Source of the DNA: an uncultured Flavobacterium sp.
GTDB lineage: Bacteria > Bacteroidota > Bacteroidia > Flavobacteriales > Flavobacteriaceae
Length of the DNA: 64,000 bases
Direction of reading: 5' to 3'
Assembly: GCA_964565035.1 (NCBI GenBank)
Contig: CAZMCP010000007.1
Location: forward strand, 3,748 to 67,747
Below the pieces are notes generated by a model that worked only from the letters and a program-made list of their open reading frames with translations, was not told the origin of the DNA and did no database searches. The translations under genes were made by a program, and so were the position numbers. Shown here piece after piece: positions 9,601 to 18,530 of this stretch. Every line of letters starts with the position of its first letter. Position 1 is the stretch's first letter.

Positions 9601-10539
9601 AGAATTAGGTTGCAAATTATCTAAACCTTGAAATTGAACTTTAGTTTTATCTGAAAACTCAGTAATAGTTCCTTGCGTTTCTTGTTGATTTTCATCAAAT
9701 AATTTTGATTCAACTACTTTTAATCCATCTTGAACAATGACTTCAATAGTGGGTTCAGTTACCTCTGAAACTGTCGTTATAACTGAAACAACATTTGTTT
9801 CTTCTGCAGGAATTAAAGAGTTATCACCTACTGTACTAGTTTGTTGAAAAGCATGATATAACGAACTTCCTGTGTAACACATCCAATTGTCATTGAAATT
9901 ACTATTTAATACAGCTATATCATTATTACTAGTTACAATAAGATAAGGTTTTTCAGGGCCAGAACTAGATCCTGTTCCATTGTACATGTTCTTCCATTCG
10001 GTTAAGTTAATTGTACAATCAGCATATCTTTCAGGTGCTATGGTAAAAGTTTTTGAAAAATCTTGACCATTACTATAAGCATCTTTAACAGTAACTGTTG
10101 CGCCTGTTTTAGAAAAAAGATACAAATGTGAAAATGAACCTCCAAATTTTTGACCGGTAAATGGGTTGGTAACATTAGCCTCATTACCCGGAGGAGCAAT
10201 ATATGTTAAAAAAACTTTTCCAGCAGTTGTCCCGTTTTCTGATGATACCATTGTAGCCATATCCGAAGTCCCAGGGAAACCAATTTCAAACCAATTCCCT
10301 TCAAAAACAGACACTCTTTTTCCTGGAGTGCACGTAATTCTAAAAACATTAGAATACGAAACATTACCACTTGTTTTGCCAACCCAATCACCGGCAATTA
10401 AGCGGTTTAAAGTAAAACTTTTCACCGCAATCCAGCTGCCGTTAACATATCTATCTAATTGAATATTATTTGAATTATCCCAACTTACAATTCGAATTTC
10501 CTGTTCCCCTGTTGATTGAAAAGGAACAGCAAAATACAT
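6691..10539 (-). CDS. T9SS type A cargo, C-terminal fragment: FG-GAP repeats, ASPIC/UnbV (CRTAC1-like), DUF11-like region and C-terminal sorting domain
   Basis: Repeated D-x-D-N-D-G-D-L-D-L motifs, HFGL...IVVKWPSG, AIDPND...YTVRFEN, terminal LYPNP...GLYILKI; no signal peptide of its own. Confidence 0.85.
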   Translation of the reverse strand: MYFAVPFQSTGEQEIRIVSWDNSNNIQLDRYVNGSWIAVKSFTLNRLIAGDWVGKTSGNVSYSNVFRITCTPGKRVSVFEGNWFEIGFPGTSDMATMVSSENGTTAGKVFLTYIAPPGNEANVTNPFTGQKFGGSFSHLYLFSKTGATVTVKDAYSNGQDFSKTFTIAPERYADCTINLTEWKNMYNGTGSSSGPEKPYLIVTSNNDIAVLNSNFNDNWMCYTGSSLYHAFQQTSTVGDNSLIPAEETNVVSVITTVSEVTEPTIEVIVQDGLKVVESKLFDENQQETQGTITEFSDKTKVQFQGLDNLQPNSEYRVETTVKAIVGANNGELVGTTLNATVETIITGKVGGEIQQSTIAKSVSVQTTNTSNLLFSKLEDVLLDSKNTNSWTISWIDINKDGYDDLYLTDMGLTAPNLIYMNNTNGGFYAGQTLPEDGVSMSNTWADVDNDGDEDLLVLNNGRNPNRFYKNENGTLVVDNSKSFTQDISYYHGGAFADCDNDNKVDVFMCNYFPTKYNELHKNNSNGDFTKDISGTVSLEANSSLGPTWADYDQDGLMDLFVPNGQGNKNSLFHNNGNGIFSKSNSIVSQDGGKSVGSCWGDIDNDGDLDLFVANSNSVTNFLYKNLGGGIFEKITNSIVNQGGSSHGCSFADIDNDGDLDLYVSNDRIRKYLYFNDGQGNFSENREEMITYNFGLSFGHAWSDYDHDGDLDLAVATHSNQKNYVFKNNGNTNNWLEINLNATVSNGSAIGAKVFVTANQITQMREVNSQSGFGGQSSYTQHFGLSVAGVVDSIVVKWPSGIVQNFNAVNVNQILEITENVQRKVTGVVFLDINEDTNKQDAEPVISRAGIQIDPLETKSYSNENGVFSFYATQNNVNLKVLAENGIQEGIGVDFNLENYTVNDTIYIAAVPVCAEKDVRVTMGGTAIRKGYTNNQFKIVASNQSREVVSNSLVNFIVPSTISIQNVSQTIQQQQSFTDNGKSFNRYSWLINNLNPLENKVISFTTSNDATTQIGDELTFKGEILTSQTDCTPDDNVITQKYIVYGAIDPNDILVSPKGYGQEGYVLPNQVLTYTVRFENIGNFVAQNVEIVDMLPKELDVSTIKIISTSHDNLKTEIAGNNLKFVFDSINLPSSLEDKDKGQGYVTFSITPYKGLEAETKIVNKATIQFDLNEPLSTNTVLNTIQSKLSEQEMVTVVLYPNPVNDVAYISLKHQKGEEFTMKQIKSAEVLTLQGNVVLSKDFGFSEEIRMDMPIEFKGLYILKITDTEGKTYVRKMVVRSRE

Positions 10540-10542
10540 TAG

Positions 10543-11316
10543 TTAACCAGAAGAACTTCCATTTGATGTAGGAACATAACCACCCCCGTCACGCTCATTC
10601 CCGTAAAGGGAACCATATTGAACCGTTACTGGCTTATTTGCGATTATCATATAGGTTTCTCCCGAAATCATTACATTTCTACCTTCGGAAAAGAAATAAA
10701 TTAAATCTTCACCTATATTTAATGTTTTAGAAAAAACCTTTATAGGGTTTTCTAAATTAACATCTGTGAATCCAGTATTGGTTTTTGCTTGTGTAGATAT
10801 TTTATAAAAATCAATTACTGTATTGTTTTCGTAAGCAAAAACATTTATATCTCTGTTAGATGAAGTGATTTTTGGAGCATAGACAATAAACTTCTGTCCA
10901 ATTGAACTTTTATCAACACTAGGAAGCCAATCATGTTGCCAATCACTATTAGTGCTTTGTGATGCATAAACCAATTTATTTGATTTAACAATAAAATAAT
11001 CTCCATCCCATTTTAAAGTGCCTCCAGAAGCATAACGTGCATCATCATTTATGCCATTATCCTTTATATATAGAATATAACTTTGTCCAGCTTTTAAAAC
11101 TCCTGATTTAGAATCATCTGTATCTCCATCAAAACCATCATCAATAATTTGAAATTCGGTATTATCATATATAGCAGTTACAATTAAACAAACGTCTCTT
11201 TGAACTGCGTCATTATTTGGAGCCACATAAATTTGAAAATAGGTTGATGGCTCACCTGTTGCATAACCAATACTTATACTTCCTAAAAGTATAAGTAAAA
11301 AAATAATTTTTCTCAT
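10543..11316 (-). CDS. N-terminal fragment (with signal peptide) of the same T9SS cargo
   Basis: MRKIIFLLILLGSISIGYA signal; ends at a TAA in frame with the downstream ORF, separated from its ATG by one codon. Confidence 0.8.
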   Translation of the reverse strand: MRKIIFLLILLGSISIGYATGEPSTYFQIYVAPNNDAVQRDVCLIVTAIYDNTEFQIIDDGFDGDTDDSKSGVLKAGQSYILYIKDNGINDDARYASGGTLKWDGDYFIVKSNKLVYASQSTNSDWQHDWLPSVDKSSIGQKFIVYAPKITSSNRDINVFAYENNTVIDFYKISTQAKTNTGFTDVNLENPIKVFSKTLNIGEDLIYFFSEGRNVMISGETYMIIANKPVTVQYGSLYGNERDGGGYVPTSNGSSSG

Positions 11317-11350
11317 CACATCGCATTTGAAATATTCATATCAAATGCTA

Positions 11351-11365
11351 ACAAGTGGTATGCCA
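11351..11365 (-). promoter_or_regulatory. Sigma-54-type promoter candidate
   Basis: Minus strand TGGCATACCACTTGT (TGGCA-N6-TTG spacing), about 35 nt upstream of the ATG at 11316. Confidence 0.5.
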
Positions 11366-11464
11366 TGACATAAAAACCCCTTATTTTGCTGAGAAAGTAA
11401 ACAAAAATAGAAGTTTTAAAATTCCAAATAATGGAAATTTTTTTATTTTTTGGGAATTAAAAAA

Positions 11465-11872
11465 CTATTTAACTACTACTCCATTTTTCCAAATATGAGG
11501 CACTTCCTCAGTAGCATGTTCATTTATGGCATTCTTACGGAAAGTAAATTTTTTATCATATAAAGTATTCCCTATGAAGTAGGTCACCATAAACTCGTTA
11601 TTTAGTGCTAAAACACTATTTTCTACCATTTCTATCTTAACAGCAGACACAGTTGGCACTTTCATAAAAGCATGTCTTAAAAGCGATGTTTTACGCATTT
11701 CTCCATCTATTGTTCCAAATGCTTTGGAAACCACCATTACACTGTCTAAATCAAAATCAGAATCATTCACTAAATAAACATACCAGACTTTATCCATGAA
11801 GTCATCACTCCATTCCTGAATTGCTGCTAAAAATACATTTTCGACTTTTGGGATTTCAATATCTTTTTTCAT
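11465..11872 (-). CDS. Hypothetical protein, typical of Bacteroidota
   Basis: 135-aa ORF beginning MKKDIEIP, with WYVYLVN and KTSLLRH; downstream of pheS. Confidence 0.8.
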   Translation of the reverse strand: MKKDIEIPKVENVFLAAIQEWSDDFMDKVWYVYLVNDSDFDLDSVMVVSKAFGTIDGEMRKTSLLRHAFMKVPTVSAVKIEMVENSVLALNNEFMVTYFIGNTLYDKKFTFRKNAINEHATEEVPHIWKNGVVVK

Positions 11873-11886
11873 GATTTTTGAAGAAA

Positions 11887-11918
11887 AAACCCTTTCGAGA
11901 GCAATTCTGAAAGGGTTT
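11887..11918 (-). terminator. Terminator-like hairpin after pheS
   Basis: aaaccctttc...gaaagggttt followed by a T-run on the minus strand. Confidence 0.6.
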
Positions 11919-11931
11919 GTATTAAGTTTCG

Positions 11932-12951
11932 TTATATACTCGATTTAAACTGCTCTAAGAAACGAACATCGTTTTCATAAAACATACGGATATCACTTAT
12001 TTGATATAAAAGCATTGCCATACGTTCGATTCCCATACCAAAAGCAAAACCATTGTATTCGTCAGGATTGATATCACAATTTTTTAAGACGTTTGGATCT
12101 ACCATTCCGCAACCCATGATTTCTAACCAACCTGTTCCTTTTGTAATGCGATAATCAGTTTCTGTTTTTAATCCCCAATAAATATCTACTTCGGCACTTG
12201 GCTCAGTAAACGGGAAATATGACGGACGTAATCTTATTTTTGACTTGCCAAACATCTCTTTGGTGAAATACAAAAGTGTTTGTTTTAAATCGGCAAAAGA
12301 AACATCCTTATCAATATACAAACCTTCTACTTGATGAAAGATACAATGTGAACGTGACGAAACCGCTTCGTTACGGAATACTCTTCCTGGAGAAATGGTA
12401 CGAATTGGAGGTTTATTGTTTTCCATATAACGCACTTGTACCGATGAAGTATGTGTACGCAATAAAATATCGGGATTTGTCTGAATAAAGAACGTGTCCT
12501 GCATGTCTCTTGCCGGATGGTATTCTGGCAAATTTAATGCTGTAAAATTATGCCAATCGTCTTCTATTTCTGGCCCTTCGGAAACATTGAAACCAATGTT
12601 TGAGAAAATATCGATTACTTGATTTTTTACCAAAGAAATAGGATGACGTGAACCAATTTTAAAAGGTTCTGCTGGACGAGATAAATCACCATAGATACCT
12701 TTTATATCTTCCTTACTCTCTAATTCCTCTTGGATTGCTTTTACTTTTTCTTCAGCAATCGTTTTTAGAGTATTGATAATTTGACCAAATTCTTTTTTCT
12801 GGTCATTAGGTACATTCTTAAATTCAGCAAAAATATCTTTAACCAAACCTTTACTTCCTAGGAATTTGATTCGGAATTCTTCTAGTTTTTCTTTATTCTG
12901 AGTTGTAAAAGCTTTTGCTTCTTCAATATATTCTTTTATCTTATCAGTCAT
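11932..12951 (-). CDS. pheS: Phenylalanine-tRNA ligase alpha subunit
   Basis: HPARDMQDTF, LRTHTS, FHQVEG, RPSYFPFTEPS, GFAFGMGIER; ATG at 12951; -7 element TAAATTTG at 12971-12978. Confidence 0.98.
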   Translation of the reverse strand: MTDKIKEYIEEAKAFTTQNKEKLEEFRIKFLGSKGLVKDIFAEFKNVPNDQKKEFGQIINTLKTIAEEKVKAIQEELESKEDIKGIYGDLSRPAEPFKIGSRHPISLVKNQVIDIFSNIGFNVSEGPEIEDDWHNFTALNLPEYHPARDMQDTFFIQTNPDILLRTHTSSVQVRYMENNKPPIRTISPGRVFRNEAVSSRSHCIFHQVEGLYIDKDVSFADLKQTLLYFTKEMFGKSKIRLRPSYFPFTEPSAEVDIYWGLKTETDYRITKGTGWLEIMGCGMVDPNVLKNCDINPDEYNGFAFGMGIERMAMLLYQISDIRMFYENDVRFLEQFKSSI

Positions 12952-13024
12952 CGTTCTTCGCAATAAGGTGCAAATTTAATGAATTTGTTTGAGGTTACAA
13001 GTTCAAAGTTTAGACAATAAATCT

Positions 13025-13381
13025 TTAATTAATCACTCCTTTTTCTAAAAAATAGTTCACAATTGCTTCTTTCATTAAAACTGATTGTTCTCCTGCTTTA
13101 AGTGGAGGCAATTGCTCTTTGACTTTATAATGTGGCCATCTTTCATTGTCAAAATAATCAAATTCATAATAACCATAAGGTTCAAGCAAACGACAAATGG
13201 CAATATGCATTAAATTAATTTTTTCATCTTTTTTGTAGGTTCTATTGAACTGCCCCAGTTCTTGAACTCCAATTAAATATATAATAGCATCAAGATCTAG
13301 CTCATCGCCTTCAGCAAATTTCTCTGAAAGGAACTTAACAATAGAGTCCCAACGCTCTTTGAGTTGTATATCGCGTGACAT
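13025..13381 (-). CDS. Hypothetical protein, typical of Bacteroidota
   Basis: 118 aa; YLIGVQELG...KDEKINLMHIAICRLL...GYY. Confidence 0.8.
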   Translation of the reverse strand: MSRDIQLKERWDSIVKFLSEKFAEGDELDLDAIIYLIGVQELGQFNRTYKKDEKINLMHIAICRLLEPYGYYEFDYFDNERWPHYKVKEQLPPLKAGEQSVLMKEAIVNYFLEKGVIN

Positions 13382-13382
13382 T

Positions 13383-13430
13383 TTTGAATTATGAGTTATG
13401 AGTTATGAGTTTTAAATTCATAATCATAAA
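13383..13430. repeat. Heptamer tandem array (TATGAGT)n with a short inverted arm
   Basis: tttgaat tatgagt tatgagt tatgagt tttaaat followed by tcataa tcataa. Confidence 0.7.
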
Positions 13431-13513
13431 ATTATTTTGCAAAGATAGTGTTGAAAATCTTTTCTGTTGATTGTTTATACAATTTTATTAAATTTGAGAA
13501 AAAAGAGACAAAA

Positions 13514-14071
13514 ATGAGTTTTTTAGATATTATTTTAATTATCGCTATTGCAATTAGTTTTTTTAAAGGATATAAAAATGGGCTCTTTGTAGAGTTGGCA
13601 TCTTTAATTGCCTTTTTTATAGGAGTATTTATTGCAGTCAAGTTTTCGTATATCACTCAAGGCATGTTGGAAAATCATGTTTCATGGTCTCCTAAAACCA
13701 TTACAGTAGCTTCTTTTTTAATTACTCTTTTTGCTTTTGTAGTTGGAATCCACTTATTAGCTAAAACACTTTCTGGAATAGCTGATTTTGCATTTCTAGG
13801 CTGGGCAAACTCTTTACTTGGTGGAACTTTTGGCGCAGTAAAAACAGCACTATTTTTTGGAATACTTTTAAACTTGTTTCAAAAAGTTGATATAGGTTTT
13901 GTTAGTGTTGACAAAGATCTTCAGGAGAAAACTATACTTGTTGGCTCCTGCATGAAAACATCCGAAATACTATTACCTATTTTAAGTGACTGGTTTCAGG
14001 ATGTAAAAAAAGAAGTTAAAGAGTTTGATAAAGCTGAAGATGGTGAATTTGACAAAGACACTCTTCAATAA
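13514..14071 (+). CDS. cvpA: CvpA family (colicin V production) membrane protein
   Basis: LDII...GYKNGLFVEL...LGWANSLLGGTFG pattern; ATG at 13514 preferred as start. Confidence 0.88.
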   Translation: MSFLDIILIIAIAISFFKGYKNGLFVELASLIAFFIGVFIAVKFSYITQGMLENHVSWSPKTITVASFLITLFAFVVGIHLLAKTLSGIADFAFLGWANSLLGGTFGAVKTALFFGILLNLFQKVDIGFVSVDKDLQEKTILVGSCMKTSEILLPILSDWFQDVKKEVKEFDKAEDGEFDKDTLQ

Positions 14072-14077
14072 CAATGC

Positions 14078-14830
14078 TTATTTTATTTCTTTAACAGCAT
14101 TTTTTTCAACCCATCCCTCTTTTAAATCGGAAAGTTGAATTTTTTTATAGTTTCCTAAATCTTCCAGAACAGTTACTTTTGTTCCAGCATGTAATGTGAA
14201 TGCATCTTGTGCTGAAGCATTTGGTTCGCTTTTTACTGTAATTACATCTGCAAAAACAATTGCCGGTCGATCATTATTAATTCGGGTTTTTTCGTAGAAT
14301 CCAGAAAAAACACTTACTCCCACAAACAATAAAAACAATATCATTCCAGAAAAGAAAACACGTTTTAAACTAGTTGAAGCCGAAAAATAATAAACAATGA
14401 AACCAATCAAAAACAAAAAAGAAAATACAATGGCTATCCAAGCCCAAGTATCATAATGAAAATTTGAAGTGAAATCTGAAATAAGTTTAGAAAACCCAAC
14501 TTTTGGTGTTTCTGGAATTTCATCAATTGCCATTTTTCTAGCGAAAGATAAATTATTTTGTATTTCAGAATCATTAGGACTTAGTAGTAGTGCTTTTTCA
14601 AAATTATAAACTGCAGGGGCAACTTTATTTAATTTATAATAACAGTTTCCTAAATTAAAATAAACTTCTGCAGATTCATTTCCAGATTTTACTATACTTT
14701 CATAGGCATTAATTGCCTCTTGGTAGCTTCCTTTTTGATACAGAGTATTTCCTTTATCAAAATCATTTTGTGCCCAAAAAACTTGAGTAATCAATAAGAA
14801 TATGTAAACTATTTTTCTAATCTCTTTCAT
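14078..14830 (-). CDS. batE: BatE: TPR, membrane segments and SH3-like domain
   Basis: YFNLGNCYYK TPR, LHAGTKV...EGWV; last gene of the bat operon. Confidence 0.9.
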   Translation of the reverse strand: MKEIRKIVYIFLLITQVFWAQNDFDKGNTLYQKGSYQEAINAYESIVKSGNESAEVYFNLGNCYYKLNKVAPAVYNFEKALLLSPNDSEIQNNLSFARKMAIDEIPETPKVGFSKLISDFTSNFHYDTWAWIAIVFSFLFLIGFIVYYFSASTSLKRVFFSGMILFLLFVGVSVFSGFYEKTRINNDRPAIVFADVITVKSEPNASAQDAFTLHAGTKVTVLEDLGNYKKIQLSDLKEGWVEKNAVKEIK

Positions 14831-14847
14831 AACTACATTTCTTAAAA

Positions 14848-16635
14848 TTAAGCCATTTGTTTTTCTAAATCAGAAATAATACTTACCGCCAAATTATAGT
14901 CATTCTGAATACTTGTACTTGTTGAAGGCGCATAACGAGCAAACTCACAACTTTCAACTAATGATATAAATTGATTTACTGTACCAGTATCTGCTTTTTT
15001 GTCTAATAACAACTGAGTAATTTTATCTTTACTCATTTCTGAAGTTTCTATATGCAGTTTTGCTTTCAAAAAATTATGTAAAGCTCTTTCTAAAGCAATA
15101 TAAAAAGGTTCTTTGTTAGCCAATTGTTTTTGAGCTTCCGAAAGGTACTTTTTTGCTAATTTGTTTGAAAGCTTAATTCGGTTACCGGTTACATCAGCAT
15201 CTATTTCAGCTTTTTTTCTTCTAAAAGCTACAATTGCTGGAATAATCAAAAAAGGAGTCATTAAAAGTCCATAAAACAATCCTGACCCCAAAAAGTCAGT
15301 TTTATCTTGAGACACTAATTGAGTTTTTGATTTAATAAATGCAAAAGTTGCACTTGATGTTACTTGTTTTTTATTATTTTCAGCAAGAGTAGGAGTTCCA
15401 ACTCCGTCTAAAACATTAATCGTAATTTCTTGAGATGTTACCGTTTTATAACTTTTTGTAGCTAAATCAAAATAAGTAAATGTTAAAGGTTTTATAGGAT
15501 ATTGCCCTTTAGACTGAGGTATAATTGTATAAGTATCCGATATACTTCCAGTCATTCCAGTTAATGGCGTTTGAACATTTTCTTTATGAGCAGGATCATA
15601 CATCTCTAGAGAAGCTGGCACAATAGGTTTAGGCAAAGTAAATAACTTCAAATTACCTTTTCCTGAAACAACAACTTTTAAATCTAACGATTCACCCGCT
15701 TTAAGTTCTGTTTTTGACGGTAATACTTGAAATGTAAAATCCCCCACAGCACCACTAAAATCTTCTGGTTTACCAGTTTCTGGAAGCGGCTTAACATTAA
15801 TTACTTTAGAACCAGCAGAAACTTTTTTGTTCCCCATTTTCATAATTGGTCTACCAAAAAAGTCGACTTGTCCTGAAGGCACTTCTACTTCTACATCTAA
15901 TGAAAGAGGTTCAATTTCAAGTTTCCCAGATTTTTGTGGATACAGAACTGTTTTTCTTAAAATTGCATAACGATAAGGTTCCCCATTAAAGTTTCCTTCT
16001 TGAACTTGTAGTTGTTTTACATCGATATTTTGGCTCCAAAAATTAGAATATTTAGGACTTGCCAATTCTCGCCAGCCCCCTACTCCAGAGCGATGACTTA
16101 CATAAATTTTATAAACTACCGTAATAGGTTCGTTCAAATATGGATTCGAATTTGAAATTTCAGCAACTAAGTGCACTCCATCTTTTCCTGCTGTAACAGG
16201 AACTGGTTGTCTTTGTTGCTGATTGTATGGATTGTACTGTTCGTAAGGATCTCTTTCCTCTGCAACAGCGTTTCCTACTGTTACTTTTAATGGAGAAGTT
16301 TTATACACTTGACCATTGATTTCAATAGTTGCCTGTTTGATTACAAAAGTTCCTTTTTTTAATGGTTGCAAAAAATAAGAATAGGTTTTCTCGAATGATT
16401 TTCGACCGTTAACCCATGAATAACTAACTGATTGATTAGGACCTCCTACAATGCGAAAGCCCTCAAAAGAAGGTGGATTGAAATTATCTCCATCCTCATT
16501 CATGGCAAAATCAACACGTAATCGTTCATTGATTCCCAAAGAGTTCTTACTCACACTAGCCACAAATTGGGTTTGTGCAAATAAACTCATTTGAAACAAA
16601 ACTGTTATTACAAAAAGTAGCTTCTTCATTTTCAT
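14848..16635 (-). CDS. batD: BatD
   Basis: GPNQS...VNG, FSGAVG and CEFARYAP motifs; operon context. Confidence 0.92.
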   Translation of the reverse strand: MKMKKLLFVITVLFQMSLFAQTQFVASVSKNSLGINERLRVDFAMNEDGDNFNPPSFEGFRIVGGPNQSVSYSWVNGRKSFEKTYSYFLQPLKKGTFVIKQATIEINGQVYKTSPLKVTVGNAVAEERDPYEQYNPYNQQQRQPVPVTAGKDGVHLVAEISNSNPYLNEPITVVYKIYVSHRSGVGGWRELASPKYSNFWSQNIDVKQLQVQEGNFNGEPYRYAILRKTVLYPQKSGKLEIEPLSLDVEVEVPSGQVDFFGRPIMKMGNKKVSAGSKVINVKPLPETGKPEDFSGAVGDFTFQVLPSKTELKAGESLDLKVVVSGKGNLKLFTLPKPIVPASLEMYDPAHKENVQTPLTGMTGSISDTYTIIPQSKGQYPIKPLTFTYFDLATKSYKTVTSQEITINVLDGVGTPTLAENNKKQVTSSATFAFIKSKTQLVSQDKTDFLGSGLFYGLLMTPFLIIPAIVAFRRKKAEIDADVTGNRIKLSNKLAKKYLSEAQKQLANKEPFYIALERALHNFLKAKLHIETSEMSKDKITQLLLDKKADTGTVNQFISLVESCEFARYAPSTSTSIQNDYNLAVSIISDLEKQMA

Positions 16636-16646
16636 ACATTCATTAG

Positions 16647-17381
16647 TTACCAATCTTTTTGGTTTTCGACCGGTTTACCTTTTACTTTTCTTGCGTTTAC
16701 TCTATCTTGAATTTTCTTTTCTTCATTATTTACGGCATCAAGCAAATTTTGCAAGCGATCTTTAGGAACATTTCCTGGCTTAGGCTCTGGATTGTTTTGA
16801 TTTTGATCTTTTGGTTCAGGTTTATCTTTATTATCTTTCTTATCCTGATCTTTTTGCTGATCCTTATTTTCGTCTTTTTTATCTTTATTTTGATCCTTTT
16901 TCTGATCTTGATTTTTATCCTTCTTATCGTCCTTCTTATCGTCTTTAGGCGGATTATCTTTAAGCATTTTTTTTGCTAGTGCATAATTATACCTAGTTTG
17001 ATCATCATTAGGGTTATTACGTAAAGCATTTTTATAAGCTTCAACTGCTTTATCATATGCTTTTTCTTTCATGAAAACGTTTCCAATATTGTGAAAAGCA
17101 CTATGCTTTTGTTGTTTTCCTTTAGCGGTTTCTATAGCCTTAGCATAAGCAAATTTAGCCTCACTATGTTGATTTTGCTTATAAATAGCGTTTCCTAAAT
17201 TATATGATGCTGTAGCTCTTTTTGCATTGGTCCCTTTCGAAATCCTATAATTTACCTCAGCCTCTGCATATTGTTTTTTTACAAAATCTTCGTTCCCGTT
17301 AGGCAATGCAAAATCTTTTTTCTGCTGGGCAAATGTACTAACAGAAAGCAATATAAATACTATTTTAAAAATGCTTTTCAT
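16647..17381 (-). CDS. batC: BatC TPR protein
   Basis: YNLGN/HNIGN TPRs, ALRNNPND..RYN, K/D/Q-rich linker, C-terminal KDW. Confidence 0.92.
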   Translation of the reverse strand: MKSIFKIVFILLSVSTFAQQKKDFALPNGNEDFVKKQYAEAEVNYRISKGTNAKRATASYNLGNAIYKQNQHSEAKFAYAKAIETAKGKQQKHSAFHNIGNVFMKEKAYDKAVEAYKNALRNNPNDDQTRYNYALAKKMLKDNPPKDDKKDDKKDKNQDQKKDQNKDKKDENKDQQKDQDKKDNKDKPEPKDQNQNNPEPKPGNVPKDRLQNLLDAVNNEEKKIQDRVNARKVKGKPVENQKDW

Positions 17382-17382
17382 A

Positions 17383-18429
17383 TTACTTTTCCTTCTTCTC
17401 ATTAAACAAATCTAAATTTTGTACCCATTTGGTTTTTCTTTCTAATAAAAAAACATCTAAAAGCAACAAGAAAAATCCAAAACCTAAAAACCATTGAAAC
17501 TGTGATTGAAAATTAGCCATCTCTGTTGCTTCAAATTCTGTCTTTTGAATATTGTTAAGCGATTTACGCATAAAATCCAATACTTCTTTAGTGTTGTTTC
17601 CATTAATATAACCACCTTTTGCTGCTTTAGCAATTGATTGTAATGCCTCAGGACGTAACTTGGTAATTACTTTTTCACCTGTTGATTTATCGATATGAAA
17701 ACTCTCTGTAATGCCATTGTTTTTAATTGGTATAGGGCCTCCCGAAGTCGTTCCTACGCCTATTGTTATAATTTTTATTCCTTTTTTTCTAGCTTGCTCT
17801 GCAGCAGATTCAGCTGCTTCAGAATGGTCTTCTCCATCAGTAACCATTATTAATAGCTTACTTGTGTTTCCGCTCCCTTCAAAATATTTTTCTGTTAACT
17901 CAATCGCTTCGTCTAAGTTACTTCCTTGAGAGGAAATCATACCTGGATTCATAGATTGCAAAAACATTTTGGCAATATTATAATCTGTAGTTATAGGCAA
18001 AACTGGGAATGCACTACCGGAATAGGCAATAATTCCAATTCGGTCACTTCCTAGATTGTTAATAATTTGAGATACTAATTGCTTGCTTTTTTCTAGTCTA
18101 TTAGGTGCAACATCTTCTGCTAGCATGCTTTTTGAAACATCGACAGCAAATACAATATCTATTCCTTCGCGTTTTACTTTTTCGACTTTAGTACCAATTT
18201 TTGGATTTACCAATCCTAAAATAAGCATAGCTAAACCAAGTAAAAGTATTCCGAATTTCAAAGAAGGTTTAAACCTTGATTTTTCAGGACTTAATACATT
18301 AAGCAATTCTGTATCTCCAAATTCGCGTTGCTTTTTTCTTTTCCAAAACTGAATCCACAGAAAAATCAACACCAAAATTGGTAGCAAAATGAATAAATAC
18401 AAATATTTTGATTCGTCTAACTCGTACAT
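17383..18429 (-). CDS. batB: BatB vWA-domain protein
   Basis: DVSKSMLAED..PNRL (MIDAS), PITTD, TDGEDH. Confidence 0.93.
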   Translation of the reverse strand: MYELDESKYLYLFILLPILVLIFLWIQFWKRKKQREFGDTELLNVLSPEKSRFKPSLKFGILLLGLAMLILGLVNPKIGTKVEKVKREGIDIVFAVDVSKSMLAEDVAPNRLEKSKQLVSQIINNLGSDRIGIIAYSGSAFPVLPITTDYNIAKMFLQSMNPGMISSQGSNLDEAIELTEKYFEGSGNTSKLLIMVTDGEDHSEAAESAAEQARKKGIKIITIGVGTTSGGPIPIKNNGITESFHIDKSTGEKVITKLRPEALQSIAKAAKGGYINGNNTKEVLDFMRKSLNNIQKTEFEATEMANFQSQFQWFLGFGFFLLLLDVFLLERKTKWVQNLDLFNEKKEK

Positions 18430-18436
18430 TTAATTA

Positions 18437-18530
18437 ATTATGAGTTTTGAGTTATAAATTATGAGTTAACAGCTATACCAAAATTTAAGCAAACTATAAA
18501 ACTCATAATTCATAATTTATAATTCATTAT
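18437..18530. repeat. Inverted heptamer arrays between batA and batB
   Basis: ttatgag ttttgag ttataaa ttatgag arm, spacer, then complementary actcata attcata atttata attcat arm. Confidence 0.7.

Larger units (their letters stand above)
6691..11316 (-). pseudogene. Single gene of about 1540 codons interrupted by an in-frame TAA at 10543-10545
   Basis: Minus strand reads GGA AGT TCT TCT GGT TAA CTA ATG TAT TTT; signal peptide in the upstream part, sorting domain in the downstream part. Confidence 0.7.

Noticed and set aside
12990-13025. Weak 7-nt periodicity (ggttaca agttcaa agtttag) upstream of pheS
   Set aside because: Too degenerate and short to call as a heptamer array
16760-16950. Repetitive K/D/Q-encoding DNA in batC
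   Set aside because: Ordinary low-complexity linker of BatC, not a separate repeat element
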